From: Candidatus Latescibacterota bacterium
GTDB taxonomy: Bacteria; Latescibacterota; UBA2968
Assembly: GCA_965198115.1 (NCBI GenBank)
Contig: OZ240241.1
Location: forward strand, 7,136,001-7,200,000
Direction of reading: 5' to 3'
DNA length: 64,000 nucleotides
The notes below the pieces were generated by a model that saw nothing but the letters and a program-made list of their open reading frames with translations, made no database searches and was not told where the DNA came from. Both the position numbers and the translations under genes were made by a program. Shown here piece after piece: positions 28,483-38,669 of this stretch (positions are counted from its first letter, which is position 1; each line of letters starts with the position of its first letter).

Positions 28483-29414
28483 ATGGCGAAGCTGAGAGTC
28501 GTCGTCACCGGGGCGGCTGGGTATCTTGCCGGCCGCATGCTGCCTACGTTCAGAGAGCGCTACGATCTGACTCTGCTGGACGTGAAGACAACCAACCGCG
28601 AGGGCGAAGAGGTGGAGGGCGTCGTCGTTAGCGATCTGCTCGAGTCCGATCGAGATGCCTATCGATCGGACTTCGCAGGGGCCGATGTCGTGATGCACTG
28701 CGGTTTTACACGAGCCAGGATCGCGGAGGAGCCACCCGCACCAGCTTCCTCGTCGGGCAGTAGCGACATCCGTTTCCAGGGGCGCAGTGCGAATCGGGGG
28801 GGAGACGCGCGGTTCGAGTCCGAGATGGCGAACATCCGGATGACTTACAACGTCTATCAGACATGCGTCGAGGAAGGCGTCAGACGTGCCGTCGTGCTGA
28901 GCTCGAATCACGCGGCCGACTACTACGAGGTCCTCATCTGGAACAAGCAGATGGGGGGGCTCGTCACGCCAGACATGCCTGCGTATTCGGACAACTTCTA
29001 CGGATGGGCGAAAGTGCTTACGAGTCTCTAGGCTTTACCTATGCGACGGGCACGGTGTCGAACGGAAGGCCCCTCGAGGTCGTTCAGTTGCGTATTGGAG
29101 GGCCACGGGAAAGCGATGCAGAGAAATTCTCGCCGGATCGACCCGAGCAGATGCATCGCGGACTGGGGTGCTACCTGAGTCAACGAGATCAGACCCAACT
29201 GGCCGTGAAGAGTATCGAGACCGAAGACATTACGAACGAACTGGGAGTGCCATTCCAGATCTTCTACGGCATCAGCGACAACACACAGAAGTTCTGGGAT
29301 CTGTCGAATGCACGCAGGGTGATCGGATATGAACCGGAGGACGACAGTTCGGTGAAGTTCGGCGACAAGGTCGGTGAGGTATTGGACGCTGGACGAAAGC
29401 AGCGCTATCAGTGA
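28483..29414 (+). CDS. NAD-dependent epimerase/uronate-dehydrogenase-like SDR, frameshifted near 29015
   Basis: TGAAGYLA, SSNHAAD, FYGWAK; continues in another frame as AYESLG..RIG..FYGISDN; paralogue of the next gene. Confidence 0.85.
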
Positions 29415-29467
29415 ACAGGTCGAGACGGAAAGTGCATAGAGACGGTGGCACGTAAACGGGGATAAGG

Positions 29468-30325
29468 ATGGCGAAGCGGAAAGTGGTCTTAACGGGGGCG
29501 TGTGGGCACGTGGCGGGCAGGATGCTGGATGCGCTGAGGGAGCGCTACGACCTAACGCTGATCGATATCAAGACCACGACGACTGACGGGGTTGAGGTCG
29601 GCGGCGTGGAAGTGGCGGACCTGCTTAATCGGGATCGCGATTCGTATCGAGCGCTGTTCAAGGGAGCCGACGCGGTCGTCCACAGCGGATTCAAAGGTAC
29701 GGTGAACCACCGTCACACGGACTTTTGGAAAGAGCACGACAACGTGATGATGTGCTACAACGTGTATCAGACGTGTCTGGAAGAGGGGGTGCGTCGTGTG
29801 GTGACGATGAGTTCCAATCACGCGGCGGATTTCTACGAGCCGCTGATCTGGGAGGACAGAATCGAGACCGTTCGTACGACCGACTATCCGCTGACAGACA
29901 ATTTTTACGGGTGGGGCAAGATCTCCTACGAGGCACTGGGGTTCGTGTTCGCGACGGGATCGATGAACGAGGGTCGGAGACTCGAGGGCGTGATGATCCG
30001 CATCGGGGCGCCCCGCGACAGCGGTTTCGAAGTTCCGCCGAAGGATCTCAAGAAACTTCATCGTTCACAGGGTGCTTACTTCAGCGCACGCGATCAGGCG
30101 CAGCTCGTGACCAGGAGCATCGAGACGGACGATATTTCGAACGAGCACGGTGTGCCATTTCAGATTTTCTACGGCATCAGCGACAACACGCATCGGTTCT
30201 GGGAGATTGCGAACGCACGGCGCGTCGTCGGGTACGCGCCGGAGGATGACAGCGCGGTGATGTTCGCAGCTCAGGTGGCGTCGGTGATGACGGAGGCGCA
30301 GAAGGCGGAGTATGGTAAGAACTGA
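29468..30325 (+). CDS. NAD-dependent epimerase/uronate-dehydrogenase-like SDR
   Basis: TGACGHVA, SSNHAAD, YGWGK, FYGISDN, GYAPED. Confidence 0.88.
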   Translation: MAKRKVVLTGACGHVAGRMLDALRERYDLTLIDIKTTTTDGVEVGGVEVADLLNRDRDSYRALFKGADAVVHSGFKGTVNHRHTDFWKEHDNVMMCYNVYQTCLEEGVRRVVTMSSNHAADFYEPLIWEDRIETVRTTDYPLTDNFYGWGKISYEALGFVFATGSMNEGRRLEGVMIRIGAPRDSGFEVPPKDLKKLHRSQGAYFSARDQAQLVTRSIETDDISNEHGVPFQIFYGISDNTHRFWEIANARRVVGYAPEDDSAVMFAAQVASVMTEAQKAEYGKN

Positions 30326-30527
30326 AAAATCTGGACGGACCACACGGAATACACGGAAGGTGAGGTGGGGTTGAGGATTTGCGGCCCTATTCGGGGATTG
30401 GTTCGGGATGTGGGGAAGTTCGGGGTAGAGGAACGCGAAGACAGGAAGGCGCTAAGACGCGAAGAAAAGACAGCGAGGATACAGGGATGGCGATCCGGGG
30501 CCCCATAGATCTGGACAGGAGAGACGA

Positions 30528-31655
30528 GTGAAGATTACGAAGTTCGAGACGGTGCCGATCGAAGGTCGGGCGATGATTTTGAAGATGCAGACGGACGAGG
30601 GGCTGGTGGGGTTCGGCGAACCGATGAATTACGAACACTGGCGTGTCGTGGCCCAGGCCGTTGAGGACATGGCGGAGTACCTCATCGGGAAGGATCCGTT
30701 CCAGATCGAGGACCATTGGCAGGCGATGTATCGCTCGAGCTACGCCCGCAGCATGCCGATCCTCGTTGGGGCCCTGAGCGGGATCGAGATGGCCATGTGG
30801 GATGTGATGGGGAAGGCGTTGGGCGTTCCGGTCTGGAAGCTGTTCGGTGGATCGGTCCGACGACGGGTTCGGGTCTACACGGGAATCGGGGGTGGCGATT
30901 CACCGGAGTCTATTGCAGAGGTGGCGCGACAAAGGGTGGCCGAGGGGTTCACGGCCCTGAAGATGGGTGGGTCGCCCCGTCCGGTTCGATACGTCGACAA
31001 CGCGAAGACGGTCAAGGAAGTGGTGGGACGCGTGTCGGCCGTCCGGGAGGCCGTGGGGGACGAGGTGGACATTGCGGTCGATCTCCATCGCAGGTTCAGT
31101 CCCGCGATGGCTACGATCGTGGTCCGCGAGCTGGAGCCGTTTCATCTGCTGTTCGCGGAAGAGCCGTGTCATCCCGAGAACGACAAGCCGCTGCGCGACC
31201 TAGCCCGGTCGACGACGGTGCCGATTGCGACGGGTGAGCGCCATCTGACCCGCTGGGGATTCCGAGAAATCGTGGAAACGGAGGCGTGTGCTGTCCTTCA
31301 GCCCGATATTCGCCACTGCGGTGGGATGATGGAACTCAGAAAGATCGCGAATCTCGCGGAGACGCATTACATGGCGATCGCACCGCATAACGCGGCTGGG
31401 CCCGTGGGTGTCGCCGCGTCCGTTCATGTCATGGCCACGGTGCCGAATTTTCTGATCTGCGAGGGGGGTCACAAGCTGGGCCAAGGTCTGTTCAACACGC
31501 CGCTGACGTTCAAGGACGGGTTTATCGAGTTGCCGACGGCGCCGGGGTTGGGTGTTGACATGGAGGATGATGCACTGGAAGCGATGCGTGACGAGACGTA
31601 CCGAACACGCGGGATGTTCTGGCACGAGGATGATGGGTCCTTTGCGGACTTCTAG
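30528..31655 (+). CDS. dgoD: Galactonate dehydratase-like enolase-superfamily enzyme
   Basis: TDEGLVGFGEP, IEDHWQAMYR, AVDLH, FAEEP, IATGER, QPD, APHN, DDGSFADF. Confidence 0.75.
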   Translation: MKITKFETVPIEGRAMILKMQTDEGLVGFGEPMNYEHWRVVAQAVEDMAEYLIGKDPFQIEDHWQAMYRSSYARSMPILVGALSGIEMAMWDVMGKALGVPVWKLFGGSVRRRVRVYTGIGGGDSPESIAEVARQRVAEGFTALKMGGSPRPVRYVDNAKTVKEVVGRVSAVREAVGDEVDIAVDLHRRFSPAMATIVVRELEPFHLLFAEEPCHPENDKPLRDLARSTTVPIATGERHLTRWGFREIVETEACAVLQPDIRHCGGMMELRKIANLAETHYMAIAPHNAAGPVGVAASVHVMATVPNFLICEGGHKLGQGLFNTPLTFKDGFIELPTAPGLGVDMEDDALEAMRDETYRTRGMFWHEDDGSFADF

Positions 31656-31690
31656 TCCGCAAGGAAATGAAAAATGCAGAATGCAAAGTC

Positions 31691-32884
31691 GTGAAGTACA
31701 TCACTTTTGCGTTGGCTTTAATGGTTCCTCATACGGCGAGCGCAGTGGACGACAGGGCGCTGGCGCTGCGACGGGAGTACAACACGGTGGCGGCGGCGAT
31801 CGACAGCGTGGTTCGGACGATGGGAATGGATGACCGCGCCGCCCTCGACACATCGCGGCTTCCCAGAGAACGAGATGCTTCGGTCGTGCCTCAGGGCAGC
31901 GACGTGGTGATGATCTTTTGGGCGGATGACGAAGCAAAGGTCTGGGTGAACGACTATTTCGTGGGAGAGACTCGGCTGACGCCCGTCGAAGTCGTCGTGC
32001 CATCCCTTTATCTATCGGCAACCAACCGGATTCGTGTGCGGTGCTGGGATACCGACTGGGTGGAGAGCGGTCTGCTTCTGGGTCTGTATCTGCGGGACGA
32101 CAGCGGGGTGATGCACCCGATCGTGACGAGCGATGGAACGTGGGAAGGTGTGGGTGGGCCTGTGGAGGAGATCGCGTATGCGCACAGTTTGCCCGACATA
32201 CCGGGAGCAGAGGTCGTGTGGGGGCCGCGTGTGTTCGGTATCGTGGAGATGACGAAGACCTTCGACGGCGCCGCGGTGCGAAGTTCGGCGTCCACTGAAG
32301 GATCCGTGGCAGGAGGCGCATCTCGTGACATGCGTTACCACGAATTCGTGGCAAGGCTGGCTGTGCTAGAGTCAGAACGGAAACGTCTGTCGGAGGATCT
32401 CGCGCGTCTGGCAGTCCCATCTGCCGTGCCTGGATTCGTCGAGGGTGCGGTCGCACCGGGATTGACGCTGGGAAAGTCAGGGCCGTTGGAGGAGGACGTT
32501 TCGCACTCCATCTCCGAGGAGGTCGATCGTTGGGTCAAGACGCTGCCCCCTTCTGCCCGAGCGATGATGTATCCCGACAGACGACGGCTGCGTGGGGAGC
32601 GTGCGGCGACAGAGGCGGGCGGGTTACCGCCGTCGGCGGCCGAGCCGGGTGAACGCACCCAGAATTATCGCCCTCCGAGCGATCGCCCCAACACGCAGCC
32701 GGGCGCAGAAGCCGGGCGTGGTGCCCTCGCGGGTGTCGGATCGGGGGCGAGTGGCAGACCCGGGGCGCTCGGGGGCGGTGGTCGAGCGACGCGTCTCGGA
32801 CTCCTGATCCCGACGGTCATTCTGTCCGCCTACGTTCTGTTCGCGGTCGGTCACTTGCGAAGAGAACGCGGGGAGACCGCGTGA
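31691..32884 (+). CDS. Exported protein with galactose-binding-like beta-sandwich and C-terminal TM anchor
   Basis: Signal peptide ending ASA; WADDEAKVWVN..NRIRVRCWD..SGLL..SDGTW; coiled coil; Gly-rich linker; TM plus basic tail; GTGA overlap with the next gene. Confidence 0.6.
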   Translation: MKYITFALALMVPHTASAVDDRALALRREYNTVAAAIDSVVRTMGMDDRAALDTSRLPRERDASVVPQGSDVVMIFWADDEAKVWVNDYFVGETRLTPVEVVVPSLYLSATNRIRVRCWDTDWVESGLLLGLYLRDDSGVMHPIVTSDGTWEGVGGPVEEIAYAHSLPDIPGAEVVWGPRVFGIVEMTKTFDGAAVRSSASTEGSVAGGASRDMRYHEFVARLAVLESERKRLSEDLARLAVPSAVPGFVEGAVAPGLTLGKSGPLEEDVSHSISEEVDRWVKTLPPSARAMMYPDRRRLRGERAATEAGGLPPSAAEPGERTQNYRPPSDRPNTQPGAEAGRGALAGVGSGASGRPGALGGGGRATRLGLLIPTVILSAYVLFAVGHLRRERGETA

Positions 32885-33660
32885 ACTGGGTCGAAATCGT
32901 ACTGGCTGTGGTCTTCGTCGTGGCCTCTGCGATGGCCGGATCCATCGCCCTCATCCGGCGGGCCGAGCTGATCTGCCGTGACGAAGCACGATTCGGGCTG
33001 GTGAAAGGGAATGCCACTCTGATCGGCGCGATGATCGGAGGCCTGGCGGGTCTGTGCGCGGGGGTTTTGCTGGTTTTCTACACCTTCTCCACAGAGCGGC
33101 CGACCAGCTGGATCGAGTGGGCAGGACGGGGCTCGTATCTGTTGATCATCGGAGCGTTCGCCGGCCACCTGAACCTGCTGGTCCATAGTTGGCTCCGTGT
33201 GCTGGACGAAGAGGAGGCAATGAAAGGGTCAACGGGGGATTCGAAGCCTCAACAGCCGACGCTGACCGTCCTCCGTCTGAGCGAGTTCCGGCAACTGCTG
33301 GGAGCTGGATACGCTGAATCGGACTTTCGAACGCGTGATGACGAGGTGGTCGATCGGCTCATCTCCGTGATCGGCGACCGTGTGATCGACGGTCAGCGTG
33401 CCCTCAGTCGTCTCCCGTTCTACGGTTATCTGGGGACCGTCTGCGGTATCCTGCTCATGGCCAACGAGCTGACCCGACTGGATGAGGCGACGGAGTCGTT
33501 CCAGGTGCTGCGAGACATGGCGAGCGGCCTCGTCCTGGCGTTCCAAACGACGTTGGCTGCGCTGCTTGCCTACCTGCCGTTGCGCAAAGCGTTCGACGTT
33601 CTGTTGACGCACATCTCACAAGTGGAACGGGCGTGGCTGGTGATGCGGGATGAGGAGTGA
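32881..33660 (+). CDS. MotA/TolQ/ExbB proton-channel family protein
   Basis: LPFYGYLGTVCGI...GLVLAFQTTLAAL signature helices; three N-terminal TMs. Confidence 0.85.
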   Translation: MNWVEIVLAVVFVVASAMAGSIALIRRAELICRDEARFGLVKGNATLIGAMIGGLAGLCAGVLLVFYTFSTERPTSWIEWAGRGSYLLIIGAFAGHLNLLVHSWLRVLDEEEAMKGSTGDSKPQQPTLTVLRLSEFRQLLGAGYAESDFRTRDDEVVDRLISVIGDRVIDGQRALSRLPFYGYLGTVCGILLMANELTRLDEATESFQVLRDMASGLVLAFQTTLAALLAYLPLRKAFDVLLTHISQVERAWLVMRDEE

Positions 33661-33751
33661 GAGACATTAGGAAATTGGGAAATTAGGAAATTGCGGGGAG
33701 TCGGCGATCGGTTCGACTTCCTCGGCCGGATGACAGAATCCGAGGAGCGGA

Positions 33752-34174
33752 ATGCGGCAGCGGTTTTTGAAAAGGGCGGTGACGGAGCTTGAGGAACACG
33801 ACGTCAGCAAGGAGCTGTTCCTGGGGATAATGATGCTGATGTTGACGCTTGGTATCATGATCCTCAACGTCTCCCAGCCCGTATGGCGCGTGCATCATCA
33901 CGACCCGAATGAAGGTGACGCGGTTCTGATCTACACCTCTAAAGGCATCGGGGTTTCGGGGGATGGACAGAGTGTGAGACGGATGCTCAGACCAGGCGAA
34001 TACCGGACCATCGTGGACAATCTCGTTGCCAAGCCTGAGAGGAATCTGCATCTGTTCTTGAAGGGGGGAAGTCGGGAGCGCATGGTGAACGATGCAGCCT
34101 ACGCGGACTCATTGCTCTCCACGTCGGCGACGGGTGAAAAAGTGCGGCCGGCGGTCTTCGTACACATGTGGTAA
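33752..34174 (+). CDS. ExbD/TolR-like single-pass partner (atypical)
   Basis: Basic N-terminus, one TM (KELFLGIMMLMLTLGIMIL), small periplasmic domain; directly follows the MotA-like gene. Confidence 0.55.
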   Translation: MRQRFLKRAVTELEEHDVSKELFLGIMMLMLTLGIMILNVSQPVWRVHHHDPNEGDAVLIYTSKGIGVSGDGQSVRRMLRPGEYRTIVDNLVAKPERNLHLFLKGGSRERMVNDAAYADSLLSTSATGEKVRPAVFVHMW

Positions 34175-34204
34175 GGAACGAGATCCCGTGAAGAGCGAAC
34201 GGGA

Positions 34205-34345
34205 GAGCGGGTGTGGCGACGGCTTCGAGTAACCGGTGGGAGTGGCCGGACCCTGTCCCCGAGCGAAGTCGAGGGAGCCCGCGAACAAAAGCAGAGGACA
34301 GAAGACAGAGGACGGCAGGTTGACGGTGGGCGGGAACGACGGCTT
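34205..34345. repeat. REP-like and heptamer repeats between convergent genes
   Basis: TGTCCCCGAGCGAAGTCGAGGG and CAGAGGA-CAGAAGA-CAGAGGA-CGGCAGG. Confidence 0.5.
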
Positions 34346-34434
34346 CGCCCTCAGCCTCGTTGCGAATATGAATGTCAGCGGCCGGATCCATTTGGATCGC
34401 GGCCGCTTTTCCTTTTAGAGAAGTCGGGTTGCTG

Positions 34435-35316
34435 TCAGCTGCCGGATTTGACGACGGCGAGGATGCGCTGGCCCTGGAGGGTATCGTCGATGAACGTGAT
34501 CAGAGACTGTCCGGGCGGTCCCTTGCTGACCTCGTATTCTTTTCCTTTTTCGAGTTTGCCGTGACGGTCGCAAAGCGCCTCGAGTTCGCCGTTCAGAGCC
34601 AGCGTTTCGCCCAACGAGATTCGCATCACATCATTGCGGCCCTGACCGTCTAGAACGTCGGGGAATGACTCCACCCGGAAATTCTTCTTGAAGAGCGGGC
34701 GCCAGGTCTTGAGATACCCTTTCTGCTTCAGGTCGTCTTCGGTGCCCTGGATAACGAGCACGGACGTTGCTGCTTCTGAGAGCAACCGCTTTTCCTCGAG
34801 CGCCTGTTCAAGGCCGGATTCGAGGCGGACCAGGCGGACCGTCTTCGAGTAAAGAGCGGTGTTGAGGCTGTCGACTTCGGATTTGAGGGACCGAACCTCC
34901 TCTGTTGCCTGCTCACGTTCGGCCCGGACCTGTTTGAGCTCGTTGACCAGTCGTTCGTTCGCCTTCTTTTGCTCTCCATAGAGCCGTCGGTATTCCTTCA
35001 TCTCGTTCGTGACTTTGCGAAGCGAGCTGAGGAGTACTTTGTTGGACGCTCGTGCGCTGTCCATATGTGTTCGGAGGGTGTTGATCCGGTCGTTCAGGCC
35101 GATGACGACGTTGTCCATCGAATCGATCTGTGCGGTGTAGGTCGCGACCTCAGATTCGAGTTGAACGACGTAGGGATCGACTTCCGGTTCGTCGGGCAGG
35201 AGGGCGATGATGAAGACCACGGCGAGAATCACCGCGCCGATGCCGACGGCAACCAGAACCTTTTTGTTATCCAAACGGGCCTCCGAGAGCTGAACTGGGT
35301 TCCGGGGGTGGGCCAA
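34435..35316 (-). CDS. Membrane-anchored coiled-coil protein (possibly related to Bacteroidetes Cbp1-like proteins)
   Basis: N-terminal TM, long heptad region, C-terminal globular domain beginning VIQGTEDDLKQKGYL. Confidence 0.6.
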   Translation of the reverse strand: MAHPRNPVQLSEARLDNKKVLVAVGIGAVILAVVFIIALLPDEPEVDPYVVQLESEVATYTAQIDSMDNVVIGLNDRINTLRTHMDSARASNKVLLSSLRKVTNEMKEYRRLYGEQKKANERLVNELKQVRAEREQATEEVRSLKSEVDSLNTALYSKTVRLVRLESGLEQALEEKRLLSEAATSVLVIQGTEDDLKQKGYLKTWRPLFKKNFRVESFPDVLDGQGRNDVMRISLGETLALNGELEALCDRHGKLEKGKEYEVSKGPPGQSLITFIDDTLQGQRILAVVKSGS

Positions 35317-35351
35317 AATAAGGGGCCCACGACTTCGCGAGCAAGGACAAT

Positions 35352-36143
35352 TCAGTCGGTCGCGCCGACCGGCGCAACGCGAGGTCGTTTAAGCACCTTC
35401 CTGTAGACCGAGTCGATAGAGCTCTGCAGGATGACAAGCGCCTCGGTGTGCGCGGCAGTCTGGGATACCTGTCGCTTGAGTTGTTTGATGAAGTCCTTGT
35501 CGACCTTGGCCGCTCGATCGAGGTCTTTGCGGAGGGCTCGCAGGTCCTCTTCCTGGCGGTCGGCGACCGCGGTTTTTCCCGCCAGTTGTTTGGCTGTCTT
35601 ATCCAGGTTGGACCGCGTCTTTCGGTGGGCCCCTCTTTCGTCGTCGAGTACCGACATTGTATCGGAATGACGAGCGCGCTCCGTGTTGAGGCTGCCGCGA
35701 TAGGCCGTATGCGCGTCTCTTTCCCGGTCGCGGTCGTGCTCCACCCGCTTCAGGTTGTGATGTGTTTCGGTGAGCAGCCGCTGGGTGACGGCGTGTTCCG
35801 CCCTTTCCTGCTGCAAGTTCCCTCTGACTTCCATTTCAGATTGGGTCAGCTCGGCTTTCTCTTCGATCTGCCCCATCAGGCGCTCGGTGATTTCGCCCAG
35901 TCGAATACGAAAGTTATCCACCTGCTCGCTCAGCAGCGCCGTCGTATCGGAGAGCGCAGCCTTTTGCTGCGTCATCGAGGTGTTGATGACGAGAAAGATG
36001 AGCAACACCGTGACGACACTGAGGTACCCCCCCAACCAGAGGATGTGCTTTTCCTCGATCGGGCTGATCCATTTGAGCAGGGCTACAACACCCGCCCACA
36101 GGAGGACGAGTCCACCGAAGACTGTGAAGAGGATGACTTTCAT
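35352..36143 (-). CDS. Two-TM coiled-coil protein
   Basis: Two N-terminal TMs followed by coiled coil with recurring ER..H motifs. Confidence 0.65.
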   Translation of the reverse strand: MKVILFTVFGGLVLLWAGVVALLKWISPIEEKHILWLGGYLSVVTVLLIFLVINTSMTQQKAALSDTTALLSEQVDNFRIRLGEITERLMGQIEEKAELTQSEMEVRGNLQQERAEHAVTQRLLTETHHNLKRVEHDRDRERDAHTAYRGSLNTERARHSDTMSVLDDERGAHRKTRSNLDKTAKQLAGKTAVADRQEEDLRALRKDLDRAAKVDKDFIKQLKRQVSQTAAHTEALVILQSSIDSVYRKVLKRPRVAPVGATD

Positions 36144-36278
36144 TGACCTTCGCCGTGTCGGTCTACGCGCGACGTGTGAACAAACTTGGGCTAATTCTAC
36201 TTGAGGGTCAAGGTCTGCAAAGAACAAACGGGCAGCCGCATACTGCGACCACCCGTTGTGTCTTGATGGATGCGTGGA

Positions 36279-37124
36279 CTAGCCGAAGGTGGCCAGACGC
36301 CGCCCCTGCCGAGACTGCCGGATGCGCTCCAAGGCTTCTTCTTTGAGTTGGCGGACCCGTTCGCGGCTGACACCGAGTTCGGCTCCGATCTGCTGGTAAG
36401 TGCGCGGCGCGTGCCCATCCATTCCATAGTGTAGCGCGAGGATGTACCTCGACCGCGGGGCGAGGTTCTCCAAGGCGGCGAGGACTTCGCTCTTGAGGGC
36501 TTTTTCGAACACAGGGGTGTCGACGGGAGGGGCTTCCTCGTCGGCCATTGTTTCGACGAGGGGTACTTCGCCGTCTTCGTAGCGTAGCGTGTCCAGAGAG
36601 AGGCTCTGGTAGGTGGCCCCGAGGGTGTGTCGGATCTTGTCTTCGGTGAAGTCTGTGGCATCGGCCAATTCGCCCTCGGTGGGTTCGCGCTCCAGACGAT
36701 GTCGGAGGGCGACTTGTTCGCGACGGACCTGGGTGAGATCGTTGAGGACGTTGGCGGGAATACGCACGGATCGAGATTGTACTTCTAGGGCCTTTTTGAT
36801 GTTTTGCCGAACCCACCAGACCGCGTAGGTGATGAAGCGAACGCCCTTTTCGGCGTCGAACTTTTTGGCAGCCGTGAGCAGACCCAGGTTGCCCTCGTTG
36901 ATGAGGTCGGCCAGCGTGAGGCCGTGGTTCTGGAACCCCTTTGCGACGTGGATGACGAACCGCAGGTTGGATGCGACCAGCTTTTCGATAGCCAGGGGGT
37001 CGCCGCGGCTTACGCGTTTGACCAGAGCACGTTCTTCGTCGTGGGTGAGGAGCGGATAGCGATCGACATCCTTGTAGTAGGCAGCCAGGGCCCTGTCTTC
37101 GCTGGAACGGTGTCGGGATGTCAC
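36279..37124 (-). CDS. RNA polymerase sigma-70 factor, RpoD/RpoS-like group lacking region 1.1
   Basis: YPLLTHDEE, NLRFVIHVAK, DLINEGNLGL..AAKKFD..RFITYAVWW, ELGVSRERVRQ; GTG start after AAGGAG. Confidence 0.93.
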   Translation of the reverse strand: MTSRHRSSEDRALAAYYKDVDRYPLLTHDEERALVKRVSRGDPLAIEKLVASNLRFVIHVAKGFQNHGLTLADLINEGNLGLLTAAKKFDAEKGVRFITYAVWWVRQNIKKALEVQSRSVRIPANVLNDLTQVRREQVALRHRLEREPTEGELADATDFTEDKIRHTLGATYQSLSLDTLRYEDGEVPLVETMADEEAPPVDTPVFEKALKSEVLAALENLAPRSRYILALHYGMDGHAPRTYQQIGAELGVSRERVRQLKEEALERIRQSRQGRRLATFG

Positions 37125-37194
37125 TTTGGACTCCTTATATATGGTATGTGTGCCCTCGGGGCGTTGGTAGGGTGACCCCGAATGAACGGCCCAA

Positions 37195-37246
37195 AATATA
37201 CTGCACATACGTATAGGGGTCAACGAAAAAGTATACGTATGTGCAG
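37195..37246 (-). promoter_or_regulatory. Sigma-70 promoter of the sigma gene, bracketed by a perfect 15-bp inverted repeat
   Basis: Minus strand TTGACC (37223-37218), 17 bp, TATATT (37200-37195); arms CTGCACATACGTATA (37201-37215) and TATACGTATGTGCAG (37232-37246). Confidence 0.7.
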
Positions 37247-37419
37247 GTCATTTCTCGGGTGTCTCTTCACCTCGATTCGTACTCTTATTTTTTGTGTTAT
37301 CTATTTGTTTTTTAAGGAATAGCATGTCATACGTACAGACATCTACAGTGGGAGGCTGCGAGCTGAAGGAGCCAGATTCGGCGGGGGAGTGAAGGAGGTC
37401 CATTTCGCTGGGCGGATTG

Positions 37420-37449
37420 TTGACAGGTCCAAGCCAAGTGCCGTATGTT
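37420..37449 (+). promoter_or_regulatory. Probable sigma-70 promoter for the cytochrome/sensor operon
   Basis: TTGACA, 18 bp, TATGTT. Confidence 0.5.
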
Positions 37450-37527
37450 CACCTGGTTACAGCGGGAGGGACCTATCCACGTAAGTCTGCGAACGTCTGA
37501 TGACCTGTGACGTGCGGAGAACCAAGC

Positions 37528-38660
37528 ATGAAAAAGGCGATTGTTCTGGGTCTTCTGTTTGTGCAGATGGCCTCGTGCGGCGACGATGTGCTTGTCGTTA
37601 CCACAGTGATCCTCCCCACGGGCGAGCCCGATGCCATCGAGCTGGGCGAGCGTCTGGCGACGTCGGTCACGAGCCTGAATCTCGAAGGGCTATCGGCTTC
37701 GGAGATCAGCCAGGTGTATTTGGGAAGTACCTGGTGAACGGCACGTCCGGCTGCACGGGATGCCACAGATCTACGGCGGGTTACCTCGCGGGTGGCGCCG
37801 AGTTTTCTGCGGGGTTCTTGCCACCCGGGCAGAACGGAAACACGTCTGTCTTCGTTCGAAACCTCACACCGGACCCGGAAACGGGTTTGCGATTGAAGGA
37901 AGCCGATTTCATCGAGGCCATACGAACGGGGAAGGACTTTAAGGACAGCGAGGGAGACCACGTCGAACGGCTGATGTTCATGCCAACACACACCTATCGC
38001 TTTATGGGGACGGACGATCTCCGTGCGATCTATGCCTTTCTCAAGAGGATCCCGCCCGTCCGAAACCCATTGAGAACCGAGTATCTTCCATCGATTCCGT
38101 TCGCTCCGGTGCCGGCGCCGATCCTCCCTGAGGGCAATGTCGACAGAGGACTGGAAATCCCGAGAGTTTTTTCCTCGGGCCCGGAAGCCGATGACTTCGT
38201 TGCCTTCTACGATTCTACGTTGAGCACGCTGTCGTCGGCGGACCTCAACCGGCTGGGACGAGGGAGCTATCTGGTCAACGCCTTCGGTGACTGCAACGGA
38301 TGCCACACGGACGGCGTTCCCGACGGAGATCCCGACAACGGATTGATTCCTCAGTCCTTCGACGTCAATACCGCTCAGTATCTCGCCGGTGGTGTCAACC
38401 TCGGTCCCCGATCGCGTCTGCCGATCGACGTGTTCTCTCGCAACCTGACTCCGCATCTGGACACAGGTCTCAAGCTGAGCGAGGACCAGTTTTTCCAGGT
38501 GATTCGCTTCGGTGCCGATTTCACGAGACCTGGGGGATCGTTGAGGGTGAATCCTCATTTCCCCGCCCGTTTTCGTATGACCCTCGAAGACATTCAATCG
38601 GTCTACACCTTTCTCAGACACATTCCGCCCATCGACAACGACGTGATGGTCACGCCATAG
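37528..38660 (+). CDS. Di-heme cytochrome c lipoprotein (frameshift near 37725)
   Basis: MKKAIVLGLLFVQMASC lipoprotein signal; CTGCH and CNGCH; duplicated RNLTPD/H..TGL motifs. Confidence 0.85.
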
Positions 38661-38669
38661 AGGACTTGC

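Noticed and set aside
32881-34174. Zorya (ZorAB) defence system
   Set aside because: The MotA-like protein lacks the long ZorA tail, the partner has no OmpA-like domain, and no zorC/D/E is adjacent. The SNF2 gene is about 18 kb away in a different element.
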